This document shows, piece after piece, positions 33,392-41,733 of a stretch of 64,000 bases of DNA. The position numbers were made by a program, and so were the translations under genes. The DNA lies in NCBI GenBank assembly GCA_000092065.1, contig CP000592.1; one strand, 5' to 3'. The notes beneath the pieces are model-generated. The model was not told where the DNA came from and did no database searches. It saw only the letters and a program-made list of their open reading frames with translations. This DNA comes from Ostreococcus lucimarinus. Lineage: Eukaryota. Position 1 is the stretch's first letter. Every line of letters starts with the position of its first letter.

Positions 33392-33835
33392 CGCGTCTCG
33401 TCCAGAGTCAAAGATTTAAGATTTCGATTTCGCGCGTCGATTTCGCGCGTCCTCGCGCGTTCGTCGCGGGTTCGCCCCCCTCCGAGTCGCTCGAGGCGTC
33501 GCTCGCGGCGTCGCTCGCGCTCGAGCGTCGAGTGCGCGCGTGCGCGACGTCGCGCGCGCGAATGTGACGGCGCGATCACATTCGCGGCGTCACATTCGCG
33601 ACGCCGCCGCCACGTTGACTCCGCGATCGTCTCGACATGGGGTTTCGTGGGAATTATATGCGCGTTTTCGTGCGTACGGAACGTGGTTTTAAGAGTATGT
33701 GTCCGACCGACCGCGTTGCCAGCTGTCCGAAACGGTCGGTCGGTCGTTTTCGGCGCGCCGCGTCGGCGCGCGGCACAGCGCGACGACGGCGACGCGCGCG
33801 AGACGCGCGAGCGAACGGACGGGAAAAGTATAATC

Positions 33836-34648
33836 ATGCCCGCGCGCGAGATGGCGGTGAAACGCCCGACGTACGCGAAAGATGGACTGAAGTCGATCAA
33901 CGCGCGAGGGTGCATCATCGAATTCGTGGCCACCATGACGTACGTGGCGCTGTGCGTGCCGGTGCAGATGATGTACGGGAACGGGTTCACGACGGCGGTG
34001 ACGTACGGGGTGGTCGTGACGCTGCTGACGTACGCGTTCCGAAAGGAAACGGTGGCGCAGATGAACCCGAGCGTGTCGGTGACGTTTATGGCCACCGGGA
34101 AAATCACGGTGGAGCAAATGATCGGGAACATCGTGTCTCAGATCGCCGGTGCGCTCATCGGGGTGTGTTGGACGTGCGTTTGGGTCGCGGGCGGTAACGA
34201 TCCCACCGGATACGTCGGCGCCACCTTGGGGTACTGGGGGCAGGCGAACGCCGGACGCGTCTTCTTCTGCGAAACCGTCGCGAACTGGCTGTTCCTCGTG
34301 ACCATCGTGCAAGCCACGCACCCTTCGCTGAAGCAGAGCGCGTTCTTCTCTTCAATCTTCATCGGTTTTGCATATTATGTGTGCTTGCTGTTCACTGGCT
34401 CCGTCAGCGGTGGCATGATTAACGCCGCGAGGAGTTTCGCCTCCGCGTGCGCGGGTTCCATTCGCATCAAGGGTCGCGCCGCACCCGGCGCAGTCGTCTC
34501 CACGAAGATTCTCTGGGACCGTCACTGGATTGCCTGGGTCGCTCCTATGGCTGGCGGCGCCGCCGCGATCGTCGTTGACTTTTTCATGACCGGGTTCCCG
34601 GAGAAGAAGAACACCGAAGCGCCCCACTGGCTCGACGCGACAGTTTAA
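33836..34648 (+). CDS. MIP-family channel (aquaporin-like) with non-canonical NPS and NAA signature motifs.
   Basis: Six TM helices. First half-helix motif AQMNPSVSVTF; second GGMINAARSF, with NAAR in place of NPAR. I chose the ATG at 33836 inside the long spurious ORF 32354..34648. Confidence 0.7.
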   Translation: MPAREMAVKRPTYAKDGLKSINARGCIIEFVATMTYVALCVPVQMMYGNGFTTAVTYGVVVTLLTYAFRKETVAQMNPSVSVTFMATGKITVEQMIGNIVSQIAGALIGVCWTCVWVAGGNDPTGYVGATLGYWGQANAGRVFFCETVANWLFLVTIVQATHPSLKQSAFFSSIFIGFAYYVCLLFTGSVSGGMINAARSFASACAGSIRIKGRAAPGAVVSTKILWDRHWIAWVAPMAGGAAAIVVDFFMTGFPEKKNTEAPHWLDATV

Positions 34649-34814
34649 GGATCGCCCCGGGCGCAGCGCTGCCGCGTTTTATATATATCGCGTTTCATAT
34701 ATCGCGTTTTCATGTTTAATAATTATACGTAATACTATCGCGTCGACGATCGTGCGTGCGCGGTCCAAACAAGGGAAACGTGCGCGAAGAATGTTTTGCA
34801 ACTCGCGGGCAGAG

Positions 34815-35837
34815 CTAGTGAATCGCGGGCGGTGGTTCTTCGACGTTCGCGTCTGCGACGAGCGCGAAGACGGTGGGAGCGATGAAAATGCCACCAGCGA
34901 GTTCGCCCGCGGTCAGGGAGGCGTAGGTGCCCCAGCTGACGACGCGCGGTCCCGCGCCGCGCGGGCGACAAAAGGTGAAGGCGGCGCACGCGGCGGCGCC
35001 GCCGACGAGCACCGAGCCAGCTTTGCACGCCGCTCGAAGCAACGCGCGCCGCCACGCCCGAGATATCGCGCGAGACGACGCTTTAGACGATCGACGACGC
35101 AACCAGCGAGCCTCGTACGACGCTAAGGTGACGTCGACGACGAATTCTCCCGAAACGTTGATGGCGTTGGCGAGCGTCACCGTGCGAAACATATTCCCAG
35201 CCTGCGCGAATTTCCCCAACCCGCGCTCCCAACTCACCCTCTGCGCCTTTCGTCTCGCGCTGTACCTTATATCTTTACACAATTTTGCGCTCAAGCGCTT
35301 GCTCGATCGTCCGACGACGAGATATTCCAAAATCCGTCTCGTCGCCGCCACCACCGAATCGCGCTTAAACGCCCACCACGCCGCCCTCGTCGGCTCGATG
35401 TAATCAAACTCCGGCAGCTCGCTCGGCTCGCCCGTTTCAGTTTCCTTAGTAATCCTCGCGTCAACCTCGTTCAACCACTCCTGTACCGGCCTCTGAAACG
35501 CCACGACAGCGCATCGAACCGCCCGCCACGCGCACGCGCTCGCCGTCAGCGTCGACCCGATCGTCTTCCTCTCGATCGCGTACTCCTTCAGCGCCTCGTC
35601 CGGGTACGCGTCCGTCAAAAACGAACACTGCACTTCACTCGCGACGACGGCGAGCCGCGACTCGCGCGCCAGCGCGCGCAGCGCGTCCCATGCGTCCATT
35701 TTATGCGTCACCAGCGCCCCATCGCTCGGGCTCAAACGCACGGGAAACGCCGCTTGAGCGTCGCAGCGCGCGCGCGTCGGCGTCAACAGCGTCGCCGAGG
35801 CGTTTATCGCATCGCGCGCGACGTTCACGACGCCCAT
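34815..35837 (-). CDS. Hypothetical protein (340 aa).
   Basis: Mixed non-repetitive composition with a hydrophobic C-terminal segment. No domain recognised. Confidence 0.3.
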   Translation of the reverse strand: MGVVNVARDAINASATLLTPTRARCDAQAAFPVRLSPSDGALVTHKMDAWDALRALARESRLAVVASEVQCSFLTDAYPDEALKEYAIERKTIGSTLTASACAWRAVRCAVVAFQRPVQEWLNEVDARITKETETGEPSELPEFDYIEPTRAAWWAFKRDSVVAATRRILEYLVVGRSSKRLSAKLCKDIRYSARRKAQRVSWERGLGKFAQAGNMFRTVTLANAINVSGEFVVDVTLASYEARWLRRRSSKASSRAISRAWRRALLRAACKAGSVLVGGAAACAAFTFCRPRGAGPRVVSWGTYASLTAGELAGGIFIAPTVFALVADANVEEPPPAIH

Positions 35838-35960
35838 GACGCGCGCGCGCGCCCGCGTTCGACGCGAACGCGCGTCGCAAAATGCGTGCGTCTTCGTCCT
35901 CTGACGAGACGTCGCGGAAGAATTCCAACTTTATCCGCACTTCCCGCGTGCGCGCGCGCG

Positions 35961-38870
35961 ATGCGGTGCGCGTGCGCGCCGTCGACGAGCGGACGCGCGC
36001 GCGTGACGCGCGCGCGCGTCGCGACGCGCGCGAAACCGTCGCGGAGGACGGCGCGCGCGACGCGCGAACGTCGACTTGGGCGCGGAAGCGAAACGACGGC
36101 GCGCGCGATTGACGACGCGCGACGCGACGTCTCGGACGTGGACGCGGCGAGAGACGTCGTGGGTGGTTCGTTTGAAGTCGTCAAGGCGTCGGAAGCGCGA
36201 ACGAAGAAAGAGGCGCGGAGAGCGTTCACGAAATTCTTACTCGAGCGGGACGGAGGCGCGGCGCCGAGCGCGGCGGCGACGTTGGCGCACGCGCGAGGGT
36301 TGGCGGAGGCGAGAAACGCGCGATTGAGCGATGTGATATGGGCGCCCGCGCTGTGGGCGAGCGTTGCGCGCGTTTGGTCGGCGGAAGATTTGCGGAAGAC
36401 GCTCGTGGCGCTCGAGGGGAGTGGGGCGGTAGATTTGACGCGACGGCTGGCGAGACGACGGGACGCGCGAGGATGCGAGATTATTTATAAGGAATGCATC
36501 GCGCGAGGGTACGACGATGGTGGTGGGGAGGTAACGGTAGAGATGGCAAAGGTATTGGCGTGGACACCGGGGCGCAAGAATGATGCGGAGAGACTCTGGG
36601 GGGAGATTTTTGAACGCGCGCGGGGCGACGCAAAGAGGCGATGCGAGGCGCACTGCGCGTTGTTAGAAGCGCGGTGTTTGCGACCGACGGCGGTGCATGA
36701 ATTCTTACGAGCGTACGATGCATTTCGAGACGAATTCCGCAACGACGAGGGATGGAAGAGTCGATGGATGACGCCCATGGTGCAACGCGCGTACACGGCG
36801 GCGTGTCGGCTGTGCAACGACTCGCACGACGAGCGACTGGCGAGGCGAGTGACGTACGATTTATTACGTGACCACAAGCAAATGAAAGCGGCGAATAATT
36901 TCGCACTTGCGACGGAGTATTGCGTGAGTTCGCTACTTTCTGCAGCAACGCCGAGCTCGGCGCACGCGGCGGCTGAACTGTTTGAGGTTGCCCTCGAAGA
37001 CGGCGTGAAATTCGGCGGCACCGCTTGGTCGTACGCGGTAAGCATGTACGCGGGAATGAACAAGGCGGACGAGGCAATCGCGCTATTGGACCGTTTAGAA
37101 ACTTTGGATTTCATGCAATCCGGTTCTCTCGGCGCTTTGGCTTTCGCCGCCGCGTTTTCTGGCAAGAAGTCTGCCTCGTCCTCGGATGCGGTGATGAAAT
37201 TGGAGCGCCGCGCAAACGATTTGAAGATGGTCGAAGCGCGCAACGCGAAGGAGCGCGCTAAAGTGGAACGCGCTTACGCGCAGGTGATGCATATGCTAAA
37301 CAAGCAAGAGCGATTTAAGCTCGCACTTCGCATGTTCACTCGCATGCAATCCTCAGGCGTTCGCCCGCTCGGCGCGCAGACGTACATCAACTTGTACGAC
37401 GCGCTGAGTGAAACACCCGCAGATGACGCACTTTCTAAGAGTAAACGCAGAGACAATTTGCATCGCGTCATGCAAACGGTAAAAACACACTTGAAGAGCT
37501 TAGAGGCGCTCATGGTTGGTATTGAATTGGCGTCGCATGCCGGCGTCGCAGACGTCTGCGAGGATATTCAAGACCGTCTACGTTGGAACGGGCACTTACA
37601 AAGCGACAGCGTTCGATCGAGGGTGTGGCAGTGTATGATGATCGTGCGATACAAAACATACGACAGACAAGGAACAATGCAGCTCTACGAAGAGTGGCTG
37701 CGTTCGGGTGAGGAAAAAATCGCCGTCGGTGATGACTTTTGGTTTTATCTCATCAAGTCGTATTGCGACGATCCCGTCAACGTGGACGTCGCGGCGCTCC
37801 TGCTAGAGGACGCCATTCGTGAGAACGCCATGGTGAGGCGTAAAACGGTCCCAGTACGGACGTTCAATATTGTTATTCAAGCGTGCGCGCAAGATCGACG
37901 CCCAGCGCTCGCGCTGACCGTCATCGATCGTATGCGCGCCGCCGGCGTCAATCCCACAGACGTGACGTATTTAGCCGCCCTACGCGCGTGCGCGTCGGCG
38001 GCAAAAATAGACCGTCGACGGGATGAAAAGGCTGAAAATGACTCCGAAGAGTCGCTCGTGAGGGTAGCGCGGACGTTGATTGTGACCGCGTGCACAGAAG
38101 GAATTCAGCCGACGAGCAAGATGTGGAGCGCGGCGCTACACGTCTGCGCTCTGTGCGGCGATGTCGCCGCGGCGACGGAAATCTTTGCGGACATGCGCGC
38201 TAGTGGATCTGCGCCAAACGTGCACAGTTGTACCGCGCTTATGCGTGCGTACGCTAGCGTGCGAGACTTGAGCGGTGCGATTGACGCGTACTGGACCATG
38301 AGAAACGAATTCGACGTCGCGCCGGATTCAAGCACGCTACAAACGATGCTCGAAGTCGTCCGCGCCGCCGGGCACAACAAATCCCGAGGAACTAGTGACG
38401 TCATATCGCGAGTGCAAGAAGTGTACGCCGACATGCGCGCGCTCAACGTCCGTCCGAACAACGCCGTCTTATCCCTGCTCACGGAATCCGTCGTGGAGGA
38501 CGTCTTGGCGCTTGGCTCGCCGAATTCAGCCATCGACGTCAAGCGTCTCACCTTGGCCATCGATGGCTGCGTCAGCGTGGAATCCGAGATCACGCAAACT
38601 TGGGACGATATCGCATCGATGAATCTCAAGGAGTACTCCGTCGCCGAGGCACGGGTCGCGTTTTTGGGTCTATTGCAGACGCTTCGCGATCGCCGCGCCG
38701 CTCGATTGCGCGTCGGCGACGTCCGCGTCGGTGTTGGTCGCGGTAAAATTCGTGATTCCATCGAAACCTTGGCCAGGGACGTAAGTTTGATGTTGTCTTA
38801 CGCCGAAGACGACGATGGTGTCGTGGTGTTGACGTCCGCGGCGATCGAGCACTGGTTCGCCAAGCCGTAG
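35961..38870 (+). CDS. Pentatricopeptide-repeat (PPR) protein, organelle-targeted.
   Basis: Multiple 35-aa PPR-like units, for example TFNIVIQACAQ..., VTYLAALRACASA... and WSAALHVCALCGDVAAATEIFADMRASGSAPNVHSCTALMRAYA. I picked the internal ATG at 35961, because the ORF 5' end overlaps the neighbouring minus-strand gene. Confidence 0.6.
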   Translation: MRCACAPSTSGRARVTRARVATRAKPSRRTARATRERRLGRGSETTARAIDDARRDVSDVDAARDVVGGSFEVVKASEARTKKEARRAFTKFLLERDGGAAPSAAATLAHARGLAEARNARLSDVIWAPALWASVARVWSAEDLRKTLVALEGSGAVDLTRRLARRRDARGCEIIYKECIARGYDDGGGEVTVEMAKVLAWTPGRKNDAERLWGEIFERARGDAKRRCEAHCALLEARCLRPTAVHEFLRAYDAFRDEFRNDEGWKSRWMTPMVQRAYTAACRLCNDSHDERLARRVTYDLLRDHKQMKAANNFALATEYCVSSLLSAATPSSAHAAAELFEVALEDGVKFGGTAWSYAVSMYAGMNKADEAIALLDRLETLDFMQSGSLGALAFAAAFSGKKSASSSDAVMKLERRANDLKMVEARNAKERAKVERAYAQVMHMLNKQERFKLALRMFTRMQSSGVRPLGAQTYINLYDALSETPADDALSKSKRRDNLHRVMQTVKTHLKSLEALMVGIELASHAGVADVCEDIQDRLRWNGHLQSDSVRSRVWQCMMIVRYKTYDRQGTMQLYEEWLRSGEEKIAVGDDFWFYLIKSYCDDPVNVDVAALLLEDAIRENAMVRRKTVPVRTFNIVIQACAQDRRPALALTVIDRMRAAGVNPTDVTYLAALRACASAAKIDRRRDEKAENDSEESLVRVARTLIVTACTEGIQPTSKMWSAALHVCALCGDVAAATEIFADMRASGSAPNVHSCTALMRAYASVRDLSGAIDAYWTMRNEFDVAPDSSTLQTMLEVVRAAGHNKSRGTSDVISRVQEVYADMRALNVRPNNAVLSLLTESVVEDVLALGSPNSAIDVKRLTLAIDGCVSVESEITQTWDDIASMNLKEYSVAEARVAFLGLLQTLRDRRAARLRVGDVRVGVGRGKIRDSIETLARDVSLMLSYAEDDDGVVVLTSAAIEHWFAKP

Positions 38871-38919
38871 CGTCGAATCGGCGCCGATTCGACGACGTCG
38901 AGACACACCTCGACGCGCC

Positions 38920-39582
38920 ATGTCGCGAAGATTTCTTCGTCCCGCGCCCGCGCTCGTCCTGGCGCTCGTCTTAGCGACAATGATCGACGGCACGCACGCC
39001 GTGAAACGGGCGTACGCGACGAAACCGCGTCGGGAGGACAACGAAACGTTCAACGTTTTCGACGCGAGCGCGCGGCGAGTCGCGCTCCCGAGTGAACTCT
39101 CGCGCGCTGTCACGCGCGTGACTCGCGTCGTCGTCCCTGGAGACGTGCACGTGCGCGCGCCAAATGCGCTCGATCGCGTGTTTCGCGCGTACGCGCTCGC
39201 GACGAACGAAACGATGGTTCGTCTGGAAAAGCGGCGGCGGAGGCAGAGGCAGCCGATCGGCGACGGCGACTCCGCAAAGACGATCAATCTTCTCGTGCGG
39301 AAATTCGCGAGAACCAACGATGCGCGACGCGCTAGTTGGCGCGTCGTCGATGCCATCGTCGGTGAGGGCGAAAGCGCGTGGGTCGTGTTCGAGACGTGCG
39401 ACGATGATTGGATCGACGACGACGAATCGATCGGTATCGGTTTTGACTATCGCCTGCGCGTCGATTTCGTCAACTCGAGCGCGGCGACGACGGGTGATAT
39501 CGCGGCGTTCATCGCCACGACAGATCCCGCGCGCACCGGAGGCAAGTCTCGACGGTGTGCTCGGAGACGTGCGTACGGGTGA
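38920..39582 (+). CDS. Hypothetical secreted protein (220 aa).
   Basis: Signal peptide MSRRFLRPAPALVLALVLATMIDGTHA. No domain recognised. Confidence 0.3.
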   Translation: MSRRFLRPAPALVLALVLATMIDGTHAVKRAYATKPRREDNETFNVFDASARRVALPSELSRAVTRVTRVVVPGDVHVRAPNALDRVFRAYALATNETMVRLEKRRRRQRQPIGDGDSAKTINLLVRKFARTNDARRASWRVVDAIVGEGESAWVVFETCDDDWIDDDESIGIGFDYRLRVDFVNSSAATTGDIAAFIATTDPARTGGKSRRCARRRAYG

Positions 39583-39627
39583 CGCGTCGACGCGCGAATT
39601 CCGCCGCGGGGTTCGTTCGCGCGCGCG

Positions 39628-39663
39628 CTCGCATTCATCTATTCATTCATTCATTCATTCATT
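39628..39663. repeat. (TCAT)n microsatellite, about 8 units, in the intergenic/UTR region.
   Basis: cattcatctattcattcattcattcattcattattcattc, read directly from the sequence. Confidence 0.8.
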
Positions 39664-39746
39664 ATTCATTCGCCCGCGCGCTCGCGCCGTGTAAAATTTA
39701 TGAACTAGTACATTACGCTATACCTCCGACGCGCCGCGCGCGTGGA

Positions 39747-40625
39747 CTAGATGCGATCCGTCGTTTCCTTTCGCAGACGAATCAACAACAAATCGTCGTC
39801 GGCGTCGTCGTCCGAAAACGGCACGGCTTCGCCGAACAATCCCGCCTCTTCGCACACGTCCCAAAACGTCGCGAGTGATTCCCAATCCCCTCGATCCTCG
39901 TACCCGATCACGATGGCTGTGTGCTCGTCCGACAACCGCGCCACGGTGTCCGCGAGCGCGCTAAACGTTTCCCGCGTCTGCGAATACAACAAATCCGTCC
40001 CCACGATCAAGTGCGGCAGCCCACCGCTCGCCTCGAGCGCGTCCCCGTACTCGCAAACCTCTCGCCAGCACTCGCCGTCCTTTCGCGCCCAAAGCAAGGT
40101 TTTCGTCTCTAAATTTTTCGCCCCGTCCTCGTTCGCGTTCGCCTCGCACAACCCGACGTTCGCGTCCGACATCGTCACCCGCGCCGCCCCGAGCCTCGCG
40201 AGCACCATTCCCAGCACTCCGATCCCACTCCCGAGCTCTAACACCCTCGTCTCGCGCGTGATCACCATCTCCCGCGCCCGCGCGCACGTCCTCGCGCGCG
40301 TCTCGCCCTCGCCCTCCGCGCCGCCCTCGCCCTCGCCCTCGCCCTCCGCGCCGCCCTCGCCGCGCGCTCGCCCCGTGGCGTCGCAAAACCGCGCGCACGC
40401 CCTGAGCGCGATCGGCCACACGACGCTCGACGTGTCGCCGACGAAATCCGCGCACGCCGACCCGCGCTGCCGCGCGCGGACGCCGTCGCGCGACGCCGAC
40501 GGTCCGTCTCCCGCCCCCCGCGCGTCCGCGCGCCGCAGGGCGTCGTGTCGAAACTCCACGAACGCCGCGCGCTGATCGACGCCGTGGATCCGGGTCCAGT
40601 CCTCGCGCGCGCCGTCGACCGCCAT
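39747..40625 (-). CDS. Class I SAM-dependent protein-lysine methyltransferase (Methyltransf_16 / METTL21-FAM86 family).
   Basis: VLELGSGIGVLGMVLARLGAARVTMSD (motif I) ... LIVGTDLLYSQ (motif II, DxxY). An inserted (GEGEG)n acidic repeat is present. Confidence 0.7.
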   Translation of the reverse strand: MAVDGAREDWTRIHGVDQRAAFVEFRHDALRRADARGAGDGPSASRDGVRARQRGSACADFVGDTSSVVWPIALRACARFCDATGRARGEGGAEGEGEGEGGAEGEGETRARTCARAREMVITRETRVLELGSGIGVLGMVLARLGAARVTMSDANVGLCEANANEDGAKNLETKTLLWARKDGECWREVCEYGDALEASGGLPHLIVGTDLLYSQTRETFSALADTVARLSDEHTAIVIGYEDRGDWESLATFWDVCEEAGLFGEAVPFSDDDADDDLLLIRLRKETTDRI

Positions 40626-41026
40626 CCGGCGTCGGATGCGGCGTCGCGCGCGTGTGCCGCGGCGACGCGGACCGACGCGGCGCGACGGCGCGCGCGCGAT
40701 CGTTTTTTATTTTTCCGTCGTCCGCGTTTTGAGACGCATTCGAGCACCGCGAACGGGGATGAAGCGCGACGCCATCTGGCTCCGAATGTCCGAATATTCC
40801 CGTATGCGCAAACAGTGACGCCCCGATCACCGCGCGCCAACCGCCCGGATACGCATCGGCGCCCGCGTCGCGCGACGCCGCGCGCGCGCGACCGCACACC
40901 CGCGCGCCCCGTCGTCGAACGCCGCACCAGAATGTTCACCATCACCGCCTCCGCCGTGAAGCCCGTCGCGGCTAGTCAAACGCCGCGCGCGAACGCGCGA
41001 AAGTCCGCCGAGGCGTACGTTATCTG

Positions 41027-41581
41027 ATGCGTATCAACGTCGCGGATCGCGCGCGAAAGCGCGTCGACGCGTCGGCGCGCGCGGCGCGGCGCGCGAACGC
41101 GCTCGACGCGCGATGGGACGCGCGAACGATGGGTCGAAATACGCGGCGCGGGAATCGCGCGGCGCGGCGGGCGAGCGCGACGGCGACGCGACGCGGCGAC
41201 GGGACGCGCGCGATCGGACGAGAAACCGCGGGACGGGGGCGCGCAAGATGTGGAGTGACTGACGAGGGGACGATTTTCGATGCGAACAGTGCGTTCGTCG
41301 CGCCGGTCGCCGCGACGGCGATGGCGATCTTGCTCGCCGGTCCGGCGCACGCCGGTGAAGGCGGACGCCTGGGCTTGGAGCTCAAGAACGGCACTGGTTT
41401 GGCGCCGGGCAAGTACGAGCAACCCTTTTACGATCCGCGACCGGTGGTGACCGTGCAAACGGACGGCCCGGGTGACGTGACCAAGGACGAGGCGCGAATC
41501 TTGCCGAACAGACAAATCGGACCGGGTGCGTGCAAGCTCATCACCGGTGCGCCGTGCGTTGACTTCCAATCCGGCAAGTAA
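41027..41581 (+). CDS. Small Cys-containing protein with a bipartite presequence that looks like thylakoid-lumen targeting.
   Basis: Arg-rich transit region, then hydrophobic FVAPVAATAMAILLAGPAHA with an AxA cleavage motif. The mature part is about 75 aa and ends GACKLITGAPCVDFQSGK. Identity unknown. Confidence 0.4.
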   Translation: MRINVADRARKRVDASARAARRANALDARWDARTMGRNTRRGNRAARRASATATRRGDGTRAIGRETAGRGRARCGVTDEGTIFDANSAFVAPVAATAMAILLAGPAHAGEGGRLGLELKNGTGLAPGKYEQPFYDPRPVVTVQTDGPGDVTKDEARILPNRQIGPGACKLITGAPCVDFQSGK

Positions 41582-41733
41582 ATCTTGCGAGGAGCGCGAC
41601 GCGAAGGACGCCGGGGGCGAGAGGGCGTCGTTCGCCGACGATTAGCCGAGAGCGAACGAATTTTATGATACGATAACAATGGTTCATGTTTCTTTCTAAA
41701 ATATGCGGTCTTTACACTCATACTACCTAGTCG

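Noticed and set aside
32354-33835. 5' two-thirds of the 764-aa plus-strand ORF 32354..34648.
   Set aside because: That part is antisense to the DEAD-box helicase and is Arg-rich junk. Only the last ~270 codons, from the ATG at 33836, form the aquaporin-like gene.
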